Shown here: in pieces, positions 1 to 12,300 of the stretch | Numbering within the stretch: position 1 is the first letter of the stretch | How the letters are laid out: every line of letters starts with the position of its first letter | NCBI GenBank assembly: GCA_020184695.1 | Contig: JAANOX010000035.1 | Span: 292,877 to 356,876, forward strand | From: Histomonas meleagridis 2922-C6/04-290x | Lineage: Eukaryota; Protista; Parabasalia | Direction of reading: 5' to 3' | DNA length: 64,000 nucleotides | Program-made: the position numbers and the translations under genes | The notes under the pieces: generated by a model | What the model was told of the DNA's origin: nothing | Database searches by the model: none | The model's input: only the letters and a program-made list of their open reading frames with translations

Positions 1-55
1 TCTAGTTTTGAAATCTCATTTCATGAAAATTTGTTATTTAAAGAGAAAAATGTTT

Positions 56-2228
56 TTATTGTTTATTTTTTGTTGAAGTAGCATAAAATGTCAGGTTACA
101 TATTGGGCAAGGCACATGTTTTTCGATAATCTTTTTAATGCACGCATTACATGATACAACATGACCACATGGAATTAACTTTTGTGTTGCCTTATTCTTT
201 CCGCATTTAAAACAATATCCATTTCTTTGTTGAATAATTTTCTTTGTTTTAACTTTTTCTTCGTTTTGTTGATTTGTTCTTCTTCCACTTATTGGAGTAC
301 CTCTTCTTGAACATCTTGATCTTATTCTTGCACTTCTTGAAGAATAATTCATATCATATTTATTTAACAATTGAATTATTCTTTGATCATTCATATCTTT
401 TGCTAACTTCAGCGATGAATGAACTTCAAGTGAAGGATCAGCGCCATTTTCAAGAAGAAGTTTAACCATATTATCATATTTTAGAGAAACAGCAATATAT
501 AACACAGTTAATCCTTCATTATTTTGTTCGTTTATATCGATATTTTCATTAAGAATATCAATAACAATTTCTTCATTATTTTGTCTTACAGCATCAAAAA
601 TTGGAGTTTCAATAAAATACAAAAAACACCAAAATAAAATAAAAAATATCTTTGTTCCTTAAATTCAAATTTGGACCTTTTTTCATAAGTATTTTATAAA
701 TATCATTATATTGTTTTCTTATAGCAATTTGAATTGGTGTTTCCATTTTTTGGATATTTTGTATATTAATATTAGCGCCAATTGAAATTAAATATTTTAC
801 AGATAAAATCGAATTACGTTCAACAGCAAAATGAAGTGGAGCTCCATGTAAAACATCCACAAAGTTTATATCGATTTCTTTCATTAATAATTTTTTCAAA
901 TTTTCAATATCATCATTCTTAATTATATCGAAAATTTGTGGTGGTAATGCAGTTAATAATGCTAATTGTGGAGAATATGTTTCGATTTTTTGTGTGATTT
1001 CAACATCGCCAAGTCTAAATGCATGATAATATGAATTAAAATCACCTAAATTTGGATCAGCCCCATAGTATAAAAGTGAATCAGTCATAAAAAGATTTTC
1101 ATTAAGAACAGCATAATGAAGTGGAGTTAATCCTCCACCATTAATAACATTTATATTTGCACCTTTTTTAGCTAAAACTCGAAACATTTCTATTCTTCCA
1201 AATTTAACAGCATAAAAAATCGGCGTTTCTCCTTCAATATTTTGTAACTCGATATTCGCATCATTTCGAATAAGTTCATGGAAAATATCAAAATATCCTT
1301 CTTCAATAGCAATATGAAGTGGCGTTTCTTCAAAAATGTAAAATAAACATAAAAATAATTAAATAAACCATATCAGTTTGTGAATTAACATTAAGGCCTT
1401 CTTTTATAAGTATTTTTGCACATTCTGTTGAACCATATGAAGCAGCAATATGTAAAAGACTTTCATTAGTATATAAAGCATTAACATGAATGTTAGCACT
1501 ATTTTTTATGGCTTCTAAAAGTTTTTCTGATTGATTATTAGCAACAATATCAAAAAGATATGAATCATTTGAATCATTTGTTGCTCGAACATCTTTTTCA
1601 CATCGCCGTGAATTGTTTGCAGTAATTGGACGATTGAACATTTCGACGTCTGATTCATCTGGTATTATTTCATCGGTTTCTTCATTTGCACCATTTTCAA
1701 TTAAAACTTTAACAAGTTCGCGACTTTGGAAACTTTTTGCTACAAAAAGTGGTGTATGATTGTTATTATTAAGTTCATTAATCTTGGAACCCCTCTTTAC
1801 AAGAATAGGTATAACTTCTGGGTTGTCCCATCGTACTGCCGTGAAAATTGGTCCTTCGAAATTGATTAAAAAAACCCATCACAATTTTTAGAATTGGGAT
1901 CTGCACCTGCATCAAGAAGAAGTGTAATAGTTGGAATATGTCCCTCTTGAACAGCAAAGTGAAGAGGACTTTCATGGAAATGTTTTGTGAATACATTTAC
2001 CATGGCACCTGAAGTAATGAGAGTAAGAGCGGCTTCATAAGACTTATTTAGAGCAGCTACATGTAATGGTGTTTCATAAATAGAAGTAAAAAAACATTAA
2101 AATTAATTAAAAAACTTCATTGAAAATATAAAATAAACTTTTGTGTTTACATCGATTCCATAATCCAGGGTTTTGTTTAAATTGATAACATCATTATCAC
2201 GTGCATATAGAAAAATATTTTTTTTCAT
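56..2228 (-). CDS. Ankyrin-repeat protein with C-terminal C3HC4 RING finger (putative E3 ligase), interrupted four times
   Basis: ATG at 2228 (MKKNIFLYARDND...GIDVNTK). Ankyrin segments follow (ETPLHVAA, ESPLHFAV, PIFTAVRWDN, HTPLFVA, ETPLHIAIEEG, LTPLHYAV, GAPLHFAV, ETPIFDAV), ending in CFKC...PCGH...CNAC...CPIC before the stop at 56. Removing four short inserts (51+17+37+34 nt) gives 2034 nt = 678 codons in one frame. ORF-track pieces 56-622, 609-1187 and 1330-1641 are parts of it. Confidence 0.75.
611..644 (-). other. T-rich intervening sequence (34 nt) in ankyrin linker
   Basis: AAA GAT ATT|ttttattttattttggtgttttttgtattttatt|GAA ACT CCA; removal restores NLRNKDI-ETP with standard ankyrin spacing. 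No GT/AG ends; boundaries can slide over an ATT direct repeat. Confidence 0.55.
1332..1368 (-). other. T-rich intervening sequence (37 nt, or 34 nt) in ankyrin linker
   Basis: GAT ATG|gtttatttaattatttttatgtttattttacattttt|GAA GAA ACG CCA; starts GT, ends TT. The nearby AG (GAAG) gives the wrong frame. Confidence 0.55.
1859..1875 (-). other. T-rich intervening sequence (17 nt) in ankyrin linker
   Basis: GAT GG|gtttttttaatcaattt|C GAA GGA CCA; starts GT, ends TT and contains an in-frame TAA. The nearby AG gives the wrong frame. Confidence 0.5.
2088..2138 (-). other. T-rich intervening sequence (51 nt) in ankyrin linker
   Basis: AAC ACA AAA|gtttatt...aatgttttttt|ACT TCT ATT TAT GAA ACA CCA; two in-frame TAA stops inside. 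Removal gives NTKTSIY-ETPLH with standard spacing; starts GT, ends TT. Confidence 0.55.
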
Positions 2229-2307
2229 TTTTTTGAAGACAAAAAGTAACGTACATATTTTTTATTTCACATTTCAATCCAACAAAAGAATTTTTCCTTT
2301 CAACAAA

Positions 2308-4473
2308 TTAACGAACTGATCTCATTAGTATCCTTTCCACATCTATTTTTGTTTCTAATGCAAACTCCTTATTGTTAAAATTTGATTTCATGATAAAATT
2401 TAGCTTCAAAAGTTCATTAATTGACATCATATATTCCATCTTGATTTTTTCATCTACAATTTCAGACGAAAGGTGTAAAAACAAAAAGTCAATAAGCGTA
2501 TGATCAAAAATGAGTCTAATAATAAAATAAATAACTTTTAATTCTTTAGATTCTAAGAAATTAAATATGTATAGATTAGGTCTGTGGAATACTTTCTCAA
2601 GCAATTGGATTTTATCCCATAAAATTCCATAATCTATACATTTGCACTGACAATCATTTTTACTTGCATGCATTAGTAGAAGAATAACTGAATAAATAAT
2701 AATTGATAAATAAGAAGGAGATCTTTTTTGTTTTGATATTTGTCTTATTAAATTTTTATATAAGGATGCATTAAATTTTGAAATTGAAAAAGAAAGAATT
2801 ACGTGAGGAAAATTTAAATATTGGAAGGGTAAATCAGATGTTTTGATGATTTCTTTTTCAATTTTTGGAGTGATTGAATATATTTCATGAAAGAATCGAT
2901 CACATCTCATGAATGCATCAGGTAAGTAATTATTAATTTGAAATTCATGATTATTTGAAAGTGTTTGAAAGAAAAACCTTGTTAATCCTGTTTGAAATAA
3001 TAAAATAAAGAAATTAACTAAACTTTCAACATCATGAATCATTGCAGAAACAATTTTATCATGTAATAATTTTGATGGAAATCGAATTTCTTCAAGTTGT
3101 TTTCCTATATAAGATATTGGTTTAATACATGATTGTAAAAAAAGACCTGTAACAGCAATAGGGATTTGACTTTGATCCAATGATTTAACATCATTCATAA
3201 CATTTTTATAAAGATTAACAGAATTTGATTGAGGTAAATAACCTAAATTATTAAAATTATTGATTATTTCCTTAGGGAGAGAATGTAATACATTATTTGG
3301 ATCAAATGTATCATGTATTGAAATAATTTTTGATTGTATAGGGTCATATATTGAGTTAGAATATAGAACATTTGTAAATGGATTTTTAGGAAGTTCTAAA
3401 CCAATAAATTCATCTTCGCTTTCAGGAATATCAATTTTAGGACTTGTGCCTATTTTAATTTTAAATCCAAGTTGTTCTGTTTTCTGTTTCAATAAATCTT
3501 CAATTTTTGGTGGTTTTTCAAGTCTTGGTAATTGCAAAAGATTTTGTAATCTTTCTTCCATTCTTTTTTGAAAATTTATTGGATCAACATTATTAATATG
3601 TGAATTACTACTTTGTAAAGAATTACTTGTTTCATTTTCTGGCCATGGATTTTCATCTGCAGGAATAAAAGATTCTTCATCATCTTCATTTTTTTCTTTA
3701 GATCTTTCACTTGAATCAGAAGGAGAATGCTTATCAACCTTTGGTTTTTCTTTAGAAGCATTTCCAATATAATTTTCTTCGAGATTTTCAAAAACATTAT
3801 CAGGAATTGATGGTACATCTATTTGTTCAATCATACAGGAAGGAACTGTAATCAAATCTTCTGGGAATGCGTTCAGAGCGAGAAGGATTTTTAATGATGT
3901 CTCTATATTATCGCATGATAATATATTTTTTATAACATGATCTTTAAAAATATAAATCTTTTTTGGATCATGAATATGAATTGATGCCTTGACGTTTGGG
4001 TAACGTTGTAATTCAGCTACATTTTTCTCATGTTGTATGATAAGTATTTTATCATTATTTATACATATGTGAGCATTGAGGAAAACACCTTTTAAATTTA
4101 TTTTACACTTAAAAACTATATTTCGAATTTTTAAATCTTTAACTTGATCAACATTAACTCTCATTAATTTTTCCCATTGATTAATAACATTTGAATTCAC
4201 GGATTTTATTCTTATTACATGAAAACCTTCATTTTCAAAATTTTGTAGTATAATAGACTTATGTCTCTTACTTTTCTTCATACTTAATTCCCAATCAGGA
4301 AGATATATATTTAAGGGATATTCTAATTTTTGTGGGTCATAAATAATTAAAACAGGGCCTGTTAGATGGCATTGTCTTTTACAATAATGAGCGTCTTCGA
4401 TTCCAATGTTAAATTGATGGTTTAATGTTTTCTTCAAAAGAGAGTTAATTGTAATTTTTGAGTTATTATTCAT
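2308..4473 (-). CDS. Hypothetical protein (721 aa) with a central acidic/Pro-rich low-complexity linker
   Basis: Long ATG-initiated ORF in very AT-rich DNA; no family recognised. Confidence 0.8.
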   Translation of the reverse strand: MNNNSKITINSLLKKTLNHQFNIGIEDAHYCKRQCHLTGPVLIIYDPQKLEYPLNIYLPDWELSMKKSKRHKSIILQNFENEGFHVIRIKSVNSNVINQWEKLMRVNVDQVKDLKIRNIVFKCKINLKGVFLNAHICINNDKILIIQHEKNVAELQRYPNVKASIHIHDPKKIYIFKDHVIKNILSCDNIETSLKILLALNAFPEDLITVPSCMIEQIDVPSIPDNVFENLEENYIGNASKEKPKVDKHSPSDSSERSKEKNEDDEESFIPADENPWPENETSNSLQSSNSHINNVDPINFQKRMEERLQNLLQLPRLEKPPKIEDLLKQKTEQLGFKIKIGTSPKIDIPESEDEFIGLELPKNPFTNVLYSNSIYDPIQSKIISIHDTFDPNNVLHSLPKEIINNFNNLGYLPQSNSVNLYKNVMNDVKSLDQSQIPIAVTGLFLQSCIKPISYIGKQLEEIRFPSKLLHDKIVSAMIHDVESLVNFFILLFQTGLTRFFFQTLSNNHEFQINNYLPDAFMRCDRFFHEIYSITPKIEKEIIKTSDLPFQYLNFPHVILSFSISKFNASLYKNLIRQISKQKRSPSYLSIIIYSVILLLMHASKNDCQCKCIDYGILWDKIQLLEKVFHRPNLYIFNFLESKELKVIYFIIRLIFDHTLIDFLFLHLSSEIVDEKIKMEYMMSINELLKLNFIMKSNFNNKEFALETKIDVERILMRSVR

Positions 4474-4928
4474 ACTATTTTAATTTTTCAAAAACTCAAT
4501 AGATATATTTTTATGGAGATAGTTTTGAAAAAGGTTCCGAATATTTTTTTTTAACAAAACCTTAGAATCCTGAAAAATTTCATGTTGATTTCTATGATAA
4601 TACATTATAAGAATTATAAAATCCTTTGGAGATATATCAACGAAACTCTATTTTATAATAAACAATTTTTTTTCGAAGATGGAATTTAATCTTGATATAT
4701 ATATATTGTTTTAAGTATTAAATTCAAATAAAAATGTTTTTTCAATTATTTTATATATTAAACTCATACAAAAATATTTATATAAGGATACAGTGACTAA
4801 GATTTGTATAAAATCAAAAAAAATTTATTTCCAAATTTCAAATTTATGTTGGATGTCGTTATGGGGTGCCCTGTGTATAATTGGCCGACTGAGTAAGAAA
4901 AGTGTCAAATAACAGCAAAAAAATAAGA

Positions 4929-5558
4929 ATGCAAAGACTTTCAAACGGAACTACTATTATGGGTTTTCAATGCCAAGACGGAGTAATTCTAGGTGCTGAT
5001 TCTCGAGCTACTATAGGTGCTTTTGTAGCAATTCGTGATACAAATAAAATCACACAAATTACTCCAAACATTTATGCATGTCATTCTGGTAGTGCTTCTC
5101 ACACTCAAGCTCTTGCTGATTTTGCAAAATATTATCAAAACATTATTAACGTTTATGAACAAAAAACTCCATCAGTTAGCACAGTCGCACAAATTTTAAG
5201 AAAGCTTGTTCAAGCAAATAAAGAAATGCTTCAGGCTCAAATGATTGTTGGTGGTGTAGATGATGATGGACCATCTGTTTATATGGTTATGCAGAGTGGA
5301 ATGGCAATCAAACGTGACTTTACAATTGGGGGCTCAGGAAGTACTTACATAACATCATATTGTGATAATAACTATCACTCCAATATGACTCTTGAAGAAG
5401 GCGAGAAATTTGCTGTTAAAGCTATTAATCATGCTACAATACGTGATGGCTATTCTGGCGGTCCAATTAATATTGTTAAAATTACTAAGGATGGCGCTAC
5501 ACGAAAATGGTATAAACCAGAACACCAACCATTAAATGCATCAATTGTCAGAACATGA
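4929..5558 (+). CDS. PSMB6: 20S proteasome subunit beta-1 (Ntn hydrolase)
   Basis: Short propeptide, then G|TTIMG; LGADSRAT-G, GSASHTQ, GGSGSTY and RDGYSGG motifs typical of beta-1/PRE3. First ATG at 4929 is used instead of the track's GTG at 4902. Confidence 0.9.
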   Translation: MQRLSNGTTIMGFQCQDGVILGADSRATIGAFVAIRDTNKITQITPNIYACHSGSASHTQALADFAKYYQNIINVYEQKTPSVSTVAQILRKLVQANKEMLQAQMIVGGVDDDGPSVYMVMQSGMAIKRDFTIGGSGSTYITSYCDNNYHSNMTLEEGEKFAVKAINHATIRDGYSGGPINIVKITKDGATRKWYKPEHQPLNASIVRT

Positions 5559-5717
5559 ATTGATTAAACAAACCTTATATTTTTACTCGTAAAATGTGTA
5601 TGTGACGCAGAACATTTTTTTTAAAAAATTTGCATAAAGATTTATTGTAACATTTTTAGAACGTTATTTCTATACTTTACAAAGTTAGATTTAAAAAACG
5701 TTCGTTAAATAAAAAAA

Positions 5718-8700
5718 ATGCTAAAACGCGAAAAATGTTTTTCCGAAGTAATGGAAACATTAGCTGTTATTACAAATACAAAACATAGCATTAGCAATAT
5801 TTTAGAACTTCGATCTCGACTTGGCCTTCCATTTTATTATACTTGTATTCAAGATCCAAATGGAATTATGAGCTATCTTATCTATCTTTTAATGGGTGCT
5901 CCACCATCTCCACAATATTCACTTGTTCTTTCGGCTTGTGTTTGCTTTTGTTTTTATTATCTTCCCATGGAAAAACGTCAAGAGGTTACTTTACAACTAG
6001 CAGGATGCCTTCCTAAACATGCGGTTCCAAATAGCCCTGATCAAATCACTTCATATTCAGATTTTTATGAGAAAGGAGGTGCAAGTCAAATTCCCTGCAA
6101 GCCACAAGTTTTATATGCAATAGTTTTTCATAAAAATCCAGAAATAAATTCTTCATTCAAGCTTATTTACCCTATTATTTCTACCAATCCCAGTACATTA
6201 TCACATATATTATATGATTCAAGAGATCCACAAAACCTTAAAATATCAGATCTTTATCTTTTTGGTTACATTGGAACCAAAGTTCAGCTCCCAAAACCAA
6301 AAACTCCGGAGTTGATTAAAACAATGATAATGTTATGCACTGAAATAATCTCTGCAAAGAATGAAGAAGCATTTTATGAGACCGAGTCAGGCCTCACGTG
6401 CATTTCCTTATTGATTTCATGGGGTTGTGCGCAACCTGATTTTTCATTATTAAGTCTAAAGAACGTTAGTCTTAAATCTTTAGCTATTTCAGGGTTTTCA
6501 CAAAAGATTCTCCTTGATGGTATTGAAGAATTTCCCGAATTTGAGCCAGCTGAGAACAAAGTTATCTCAACAGCATATTTAAAAATGATCGTTGCAGCAT
6601 TAAAAAATCCTAAAACAGATATAATGTTATTACGGAAGAAGATTCCGCATTGGATTTTAGATGCTATTATCAATGAATTTCATTCAGAGAACAAAATTTC
6701 AGTTGAAGTTGAACAAATATTAAATTCACCATTTCCATTTGATGTCACAAATGAAGACATTGAATTACTTGTTAACATTTCGGATTTTTTACCATCATGG
6801 ATATATTTTCATATTATGCGAATGAAGTTTACTACTCCATCTATAGCAAGAAGTTGTATTAAGATAATGGCTAAATCACCAAAGATTATTATCCATACGT
6901 TTTTTAATGATTTTTTATCATTTTTAGATCGGATTATATTAGTTCCGAACATATTAAAAGAAGTATTACGAATGTTAAAAGGGATTTTACCTATACTTGA
7001 ATCTAAATTAAGTATCTTAATTCATCATCTCATTCAACAAATTGATTTCTTTACAGAAGATATAACGAATATTGTATCATATGTTCATTTACTTGTGGTA
7101 ATATTTAGGTTTACTAATGATTATGAACCTTTTGCTTGTGTATTCGATTTATTAATTGATGCTTTTGATATGTATAAAATGTCACCTACAATGATTAAAG
7201 TTTCATTTAACTTCTTTACTCAAATGGCACCTTATCGACTTCAACGACATAAAGAATTATTTTATATGTCATTAGCAGTAATTACATCATCATTTGATGA
7301 AAAGATTCCATCATTTTTAACTACAAACACATTAAAGAATTTGTTTAGTAATTCGAAATATTTCTTTAAAGTTATTAATGCTGATTTAATATCTAATCCA
7401 ATGTTTAGTTTTTCGAATGCTTATCCACCATTATCAGCAGCATTAAAGTTATTATCTAAATTAAAAATAGAAAATGATACAAAAACAGATCAAATTATAT
7501 TAAACGCTTTATTAGGTTCATTAACTTTATGTCCATCTGAAACTTGTTTAGCAGCACAAATATTAAGTAAACAAAGTTTACTTATATTTGCTAAAGAAGT
7601 TGAAAAGCTTTTACAAAAATATGATAACTCTTCATTTACAGTAGCAGCAGAACAACTTCTAAAGACTGATACTAAACATGTAATCTTTTTCGAGCCTCGA
7701 AATAATGATTTAAGGTTAATACTTAAATATCATCCTGATTTTGCATATTTAATATTTCAAAATCCACAAAAACAACATTTATTAATCGAAAAAGATGGAC
7801 CTAAAACATTACAATCAGATAAAACGTTCGAAGGTAATGTTAATATTATCCTTCGAAGGATTTTATCACATTTACATTTAAGTCAACCTGTTCTAACACG
7901 TAAAGATAATTGGATAGCAGTCGAAATGAATGATATAGAATCGACTTTCATTAATAATAATCGAAAAGATTTGTTTTTGTTTTTCATTGACTTTTCACAT
8001 GATATATTCCCTACAAATTCGGTTGAACAAATTTTAAATAATTTCCGAGTTCGATATCCCGTTCCCAAAAAAGAAACATTAAGTTTCGCCGTATATGAAG
8101 CATTACATTTATATAGAAATAGAAGTCAATGTAAGAAATATATGTATAAGTTTTTCACATTATCAACTTCGAAACTTATAAATGAAATGCCACAAAAACT
8201 TTGGTTATATCAATTCATTGGAAGACTTGGTATTAATCTTAAAGCTAATCAAAAAGATAAAATCGATGCTATGTTAATTAGAAATGATAAAATTAATCCT
8301 GAGAAAGTTGATGAACATTCTTTTTTATATATAGAAGTTATGCGGAAAAACTCAAAATTTATTAATTCAGAATCTGCTAAAGTTTTGTTCGAAAATAATT
8401 TGAAAATTAATAATTTCCCAAATGTTTACCCATTACAAATCCCTTCGTTTGAAGTTCATTTGTTGAAAAATATTAAAAATTATTTTTATAATGCTGATGC
8501 AACAAAAATTGAAAATGAATTTGCTAAATCAAATGAAAAATATCAAATTTTCGAACAATTTGATACTGGAAATTATTTTATTGCAAAAGAATTCGCTGAT
8601 ATTGTGGATATTTGTATAAAAAGAAATTTCAAAATTACTGAAAATATTATAAATAATTTCATAAACACAACTCTTAAGAATAAATTGGCTTCAAACGCGA

Positions 8701-8792
8701 CTGTGTTTTGTAACAAAGAAACATTGCAAAGAGCTGCAATGGTGTCTAAGTATGCAAAGAGCGCATTGAAAAAATTCGATATTGTACATTAA
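5718..8792 (+). CDS. Hypothetical protein (1024 aa), probably alpha-helical solenoid
   Basis: Long ATG-initiated ORF rich in L/I/F helical patterns; no family recognised. Confidence 0.8.
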   Translation: MLKREKCFSEVMETLAVITNTKHSISNILELRSRLGLPFYYTCIQDPNGIMSYLIYLLMGAPPSPQYSLVLSACVCFCFYYLPMEKRQEVTLQLAGCLPKHAVPNSPDQITSYSDFYEKGGASQIPCKPQVLYAIVFHKNPEINSSFKLIYPIISTNPSTLSHILYDSRDPQNLKISDLYLFGYIGTKVQLPKPKTPELIKTMIMLCTEIISAKNEEAFYETESGLTCISLLISWGCAQPDFSLLSLKNVSLKSLAISGFSQKILLDGIEEFPEFEPAENKVISTAYLKMIVAALKNPKTDIMLLRKKIPHWILDAIINEFHSENKISVEVEQILNSPFPFDVTNEDIELLVNISDFLPSWIYFHIMRMKFTTPSIARSCIKIMAKSPKIIIHTFFNDFLSFLDRIILVPNILKEVLRMLKGILPILESKLSILIHHLIQQIDFFTEDITNIVSYVHLLVVIFRFTNDYEPFACVFDLLIDAFDMYKMSPTMIKVSFNFFTQMAPYRLQRHKELFYMSLAVITSSFDEKIPSFLTTNTLKNLFSNSKYFFKVINADLISNPMFSFSNAYPPLSAALKLLSKLKIENDTKTDQIILNALLGSLTLCPSETCLAAQILSKQSLLIFAKEVEKLLQKYDNSSFTVAAEQLLKTDTKHVIFFEPRNNDLRLILKYHPDFAYLIFQNPQKQHLLIEKDGPKTLQSDKTFEGNVNIILRRILSHLHLSQPVLTRKDNWIAVEMNDIESTFINNNRKDLFLFFIDFSHDIFPTNSVEQILNNFRVRYPVPKKETLSFAVYEALHLYRNRSQCKKYMYKFFTLSTSKLINEMPQKLWLYQFIGRLGINLKANQKDKIDAMLIRNDKINPEKVDEHSFLYIEVMRKNSKFINSESAKVLFENNLKINNFPNVYPLQIPSFEVHLLKNIKNYFYNADATKIENEFAKSNEKYQIFEQFDTGNYFIAKEFADIVDICIKRNFKITENIINNFINTTLKNKLASNATVFCNKETLQRAAMVSKYAKSALKKFDIVH

Positions 8793-8933
8793 TAAATTTT
8801 ATTTCGATATTAATTTTTTTTATACTCAATACACAAAATTCAGTTGCGTTTTTCTAGAAACTGGACGCCAAAAATCTTAAACATATGTATAATACTAAAG
8901 CAGTTCATATATCCATGATATTAATGTCCTTAA

Positions 8934-9032
8934 AAACTTATTTTACGTTATGGAATTGATCCAATTATTGAATAAATGTGGCAATTCTCCAATACATGTT
9001 GCAAAAATGGTGATTTATCTGTCATTAAAGAA
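8934..9032 (+). pseudogene. Decayed ankyrin-repeat fragment
   Basis: Pieces in shifting frames read KLILRYGIDPII / NKCGNSPIHVAK / NGDLSVIKE: an ankyrin consensus broken by small indels and a stop. Confidence 0.4.
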
Positions 9033-9304
9033 CCACCAAACATATATTTCAGCGGATAGCTCGATGATACCATGTTTTCACAAGGTTGTTTAGATCTAAA
9101 ATGTTTATCAAATATTTTAAAAAAATTAAAAAATAATCAAATTGTTTTTTTATCATGATGTTTTAATATGAATTAAAAGCCACTTTTTGAATGGAATCTC
9201 ACTTTGTCAAATAAATAAAATACGTTAAACTCGAACTTTCTTGAAGTCCGACCAAATTTCATTTCACTTTTCATTTGCAAGAATAGAACTATACATTATA
9301 TAAA

Positions 9305-12300
9305 ATGGAGAAAAGTCAAAAAACAAATATTGAATGGCTTACCATATTACAAAAAGATTTGATGAACTTGAATTATGATAATTTTGAAGAAATTATTCAA
9401 AATGCAATTACTTATTTTGATATTGAATATCCTTTTTCATTTAATCATGTTATTATTCATATGATATATGAATCATTTATTTCACATGGTGGAGATTACT
9501 TTATTTATTTTCAATTTTTACAAGAACTCGAAGAAAAAGAAAAAGAATTATATCATTTTGAATCTAATCTAATTTCTATTTTCTCAACATTTCTTTTTTT
9601 CGAACAATCACAAGAATCATATTATCTTCTTGAGATGTTGATTTCAAATGAAATAATCACACAAAAAATGGGGAAAGATAAAAATAATATATATTTTGCA
9701 CATCATATTACAAATGGTAATCCATATAATTTAAAAAAGCAAAATTATGGAAATTATGATAAAATAACCAGAAAACAATTTTATAAAGAATTTATCAATG
9801 TAATTGAATTCCATATTAAAGATAATGAAGATCCATCTAATGATGAAATATTTTATGATTATGGATCTCACATTGAATCAATAAATAAAGGTATTAATCC
9901 GAATGAAATTGCGAAAATTATTCGAAGTGACGAAATAAAAAAACTTCAAGAAATATCATCACAAACAAATTTTGATTTTAATCAAACAATAAAACCATCA
10001 TTATATGAAATACATACATTTATTAATCAAAAAAATGTATCATTAATAGATTATGCGGCATTTTTTGGATCAGTTAAATGTTTTAAATATTTACTTATGA
10101 ATGGAGCAAATGCATTTAATGCAGGTAAATATGCAATTGCAGGCGGAAATGAAGAAATAATTCATTTATGTGAACAAAATCATTCAACATTTAAAGACGC
10201 ATATGAAACAGCAATAAAATTCCATCGAAATGATATCTTTAAATATCTTTATGAAAATAAAATTGTCGAAATTAATAATTTTGAAGAATTAGGTAAGAAA
10301 TGTATTCAATCAAGTAATTATGAAATGTTTTCATATTTGATAGAAGAAGGATTAACAATTACAGATGATATTATTTATGAATCAGCAAAAATTAGTAATA
10401 TATTTATTATTCAAAAATATCTTGAAGAAAATAAATTACCGAAATATATTTTATTATTTGCAGTTTTATCATGTAATAATGAAATTGTCAAATATATTCT
10501 TAAAAGAAATGATGTATATATTGATTTTGCTTATTTTTATTTTTAATATTTAATGTTTTAAAATTAAATCTGGAATTAAATTAAAATAATTGTAAATCCT
10601 CTTCTGTATGCAACAAAAAATTATTTAATTGATATTGTTAAATCACTTTTAAAACATAAAGAAATTAATGTAAATGTTAAAGATATTTATATGTTTTGCA
10701 TGAAGTATTTTCTAAATATTCCAAATTTCTTTTTTATTTATGGAATCTTTCTAAATTATTTAAAACACCTCTTATTTGGGCAATCAAAAAAGGTTACTAT
10801 GATATTGTAAAATTACTTCTTGAAAAAGAAGGAATTGATGTTAATTTGAAATATTTTTCTTTTGAATTTACAAAATTTTAAAATAAAATTTGGAGATAAT
10901 ATACATTATTTAAAACTTCCTTATTTTACTCAATCAAAAACAATCAAATAAGAATGGTTAATTTGCTTCTTAAAAATAAAAATATTGATATTAATGCTAA
11001 AGACGATTATAAATTTTTTTCAAATTTTCTATAAATTTTATTATATTTTAAAATAATATTTGGGAAATATTTAAGCTATTTAATACAGCACTTATGAAAG
11101 CATCTTCAAAAGATTTTATAGAAATCGTTAAATTACTTCTTGAGAAAGAAGGAATTGATATTAATGCTAAAAATATTTATTTGTTTTATTCAAATAATGT
11201 TTTAATAATTTTTTATTTTAAAATAATATTTGGGAATTATTTAAATTATTTTGGACAGCACTTATTAAAGCATCTATGAAGAATAACATCGAAATAGTTA
11301 AATTACTTCTTGAACAAGAAGGAATTGATATTAATGCTAAAGATATTTATTTGTTTTATTCAAATAATGTTTTAATAATTTAAATTTTCAAAATAATATT
11401 TGGAAATTATTTAAATTATTTCAAACAGCACTTAAGATTTCATTCGAATTAAACTTTAATGAAATTGTGCAACTGATATCTGAAAAAGAAAGAATTATTA
11501 AGAATAATACTAAAATTAATTTTTTTTATAAACAGTTTTTTATATTGGTTTCTTATTTCAATATAATATATGAAGTTTCTTCAAATAATTTAAATCACAA
11601 ATTATAAAAATATTTTTGAATGGAATTTTCGATTCCACTGAATTATACAATGAAGAAGAAGGAAATAATTTAAACAATGAGATATTTATTAAAAGTTTTT
11701 AATTTTTAAATTACATATAAAATTTCTTAATATTATTTTTTGCAATATTTAAAAATATTATAGCAAATGGATTTAACGAAATTATAAAAAATTTACTTAA
11801 ATTAGAGGGGTATCATAATTTTGATGAAAAAATTGTTTATTTCATTTATATATATTTGATGAGTTATTTAATCAAATCTCGATGTGTAATATCATTGATA
11901 CAGTTAAATTTTTACTGAAAACAAATATTTATAATAATGATAATGTTTATTCTCTAAATTTGATGTTTTTTTATAAATATATAAATCAACAAATAAAAAA
12001 TCACTAAAAGGCTATGATTTTATCCTAAAATTACTTAATGAAGATCATGATTTTAATAACGATAAGAAAGATATCCATTTATCAAATTTAATTTTTAATA
12101 ATTAAAGCTCCTTCAATAGAATTTATTCAAAATCAAATTATTGATTTCGTTTTATCATTTCTTCAACATGAAAACATAGAAATATACACAAAGATATCCA
12201 TATTTTATATTTTCAAAATATCTTTTTTGTTGATTTTATGTTTCAAAGTTTTTATTGATGTTAATTATAGGATATTAAATTGGAATTTTTGAATGAATGC

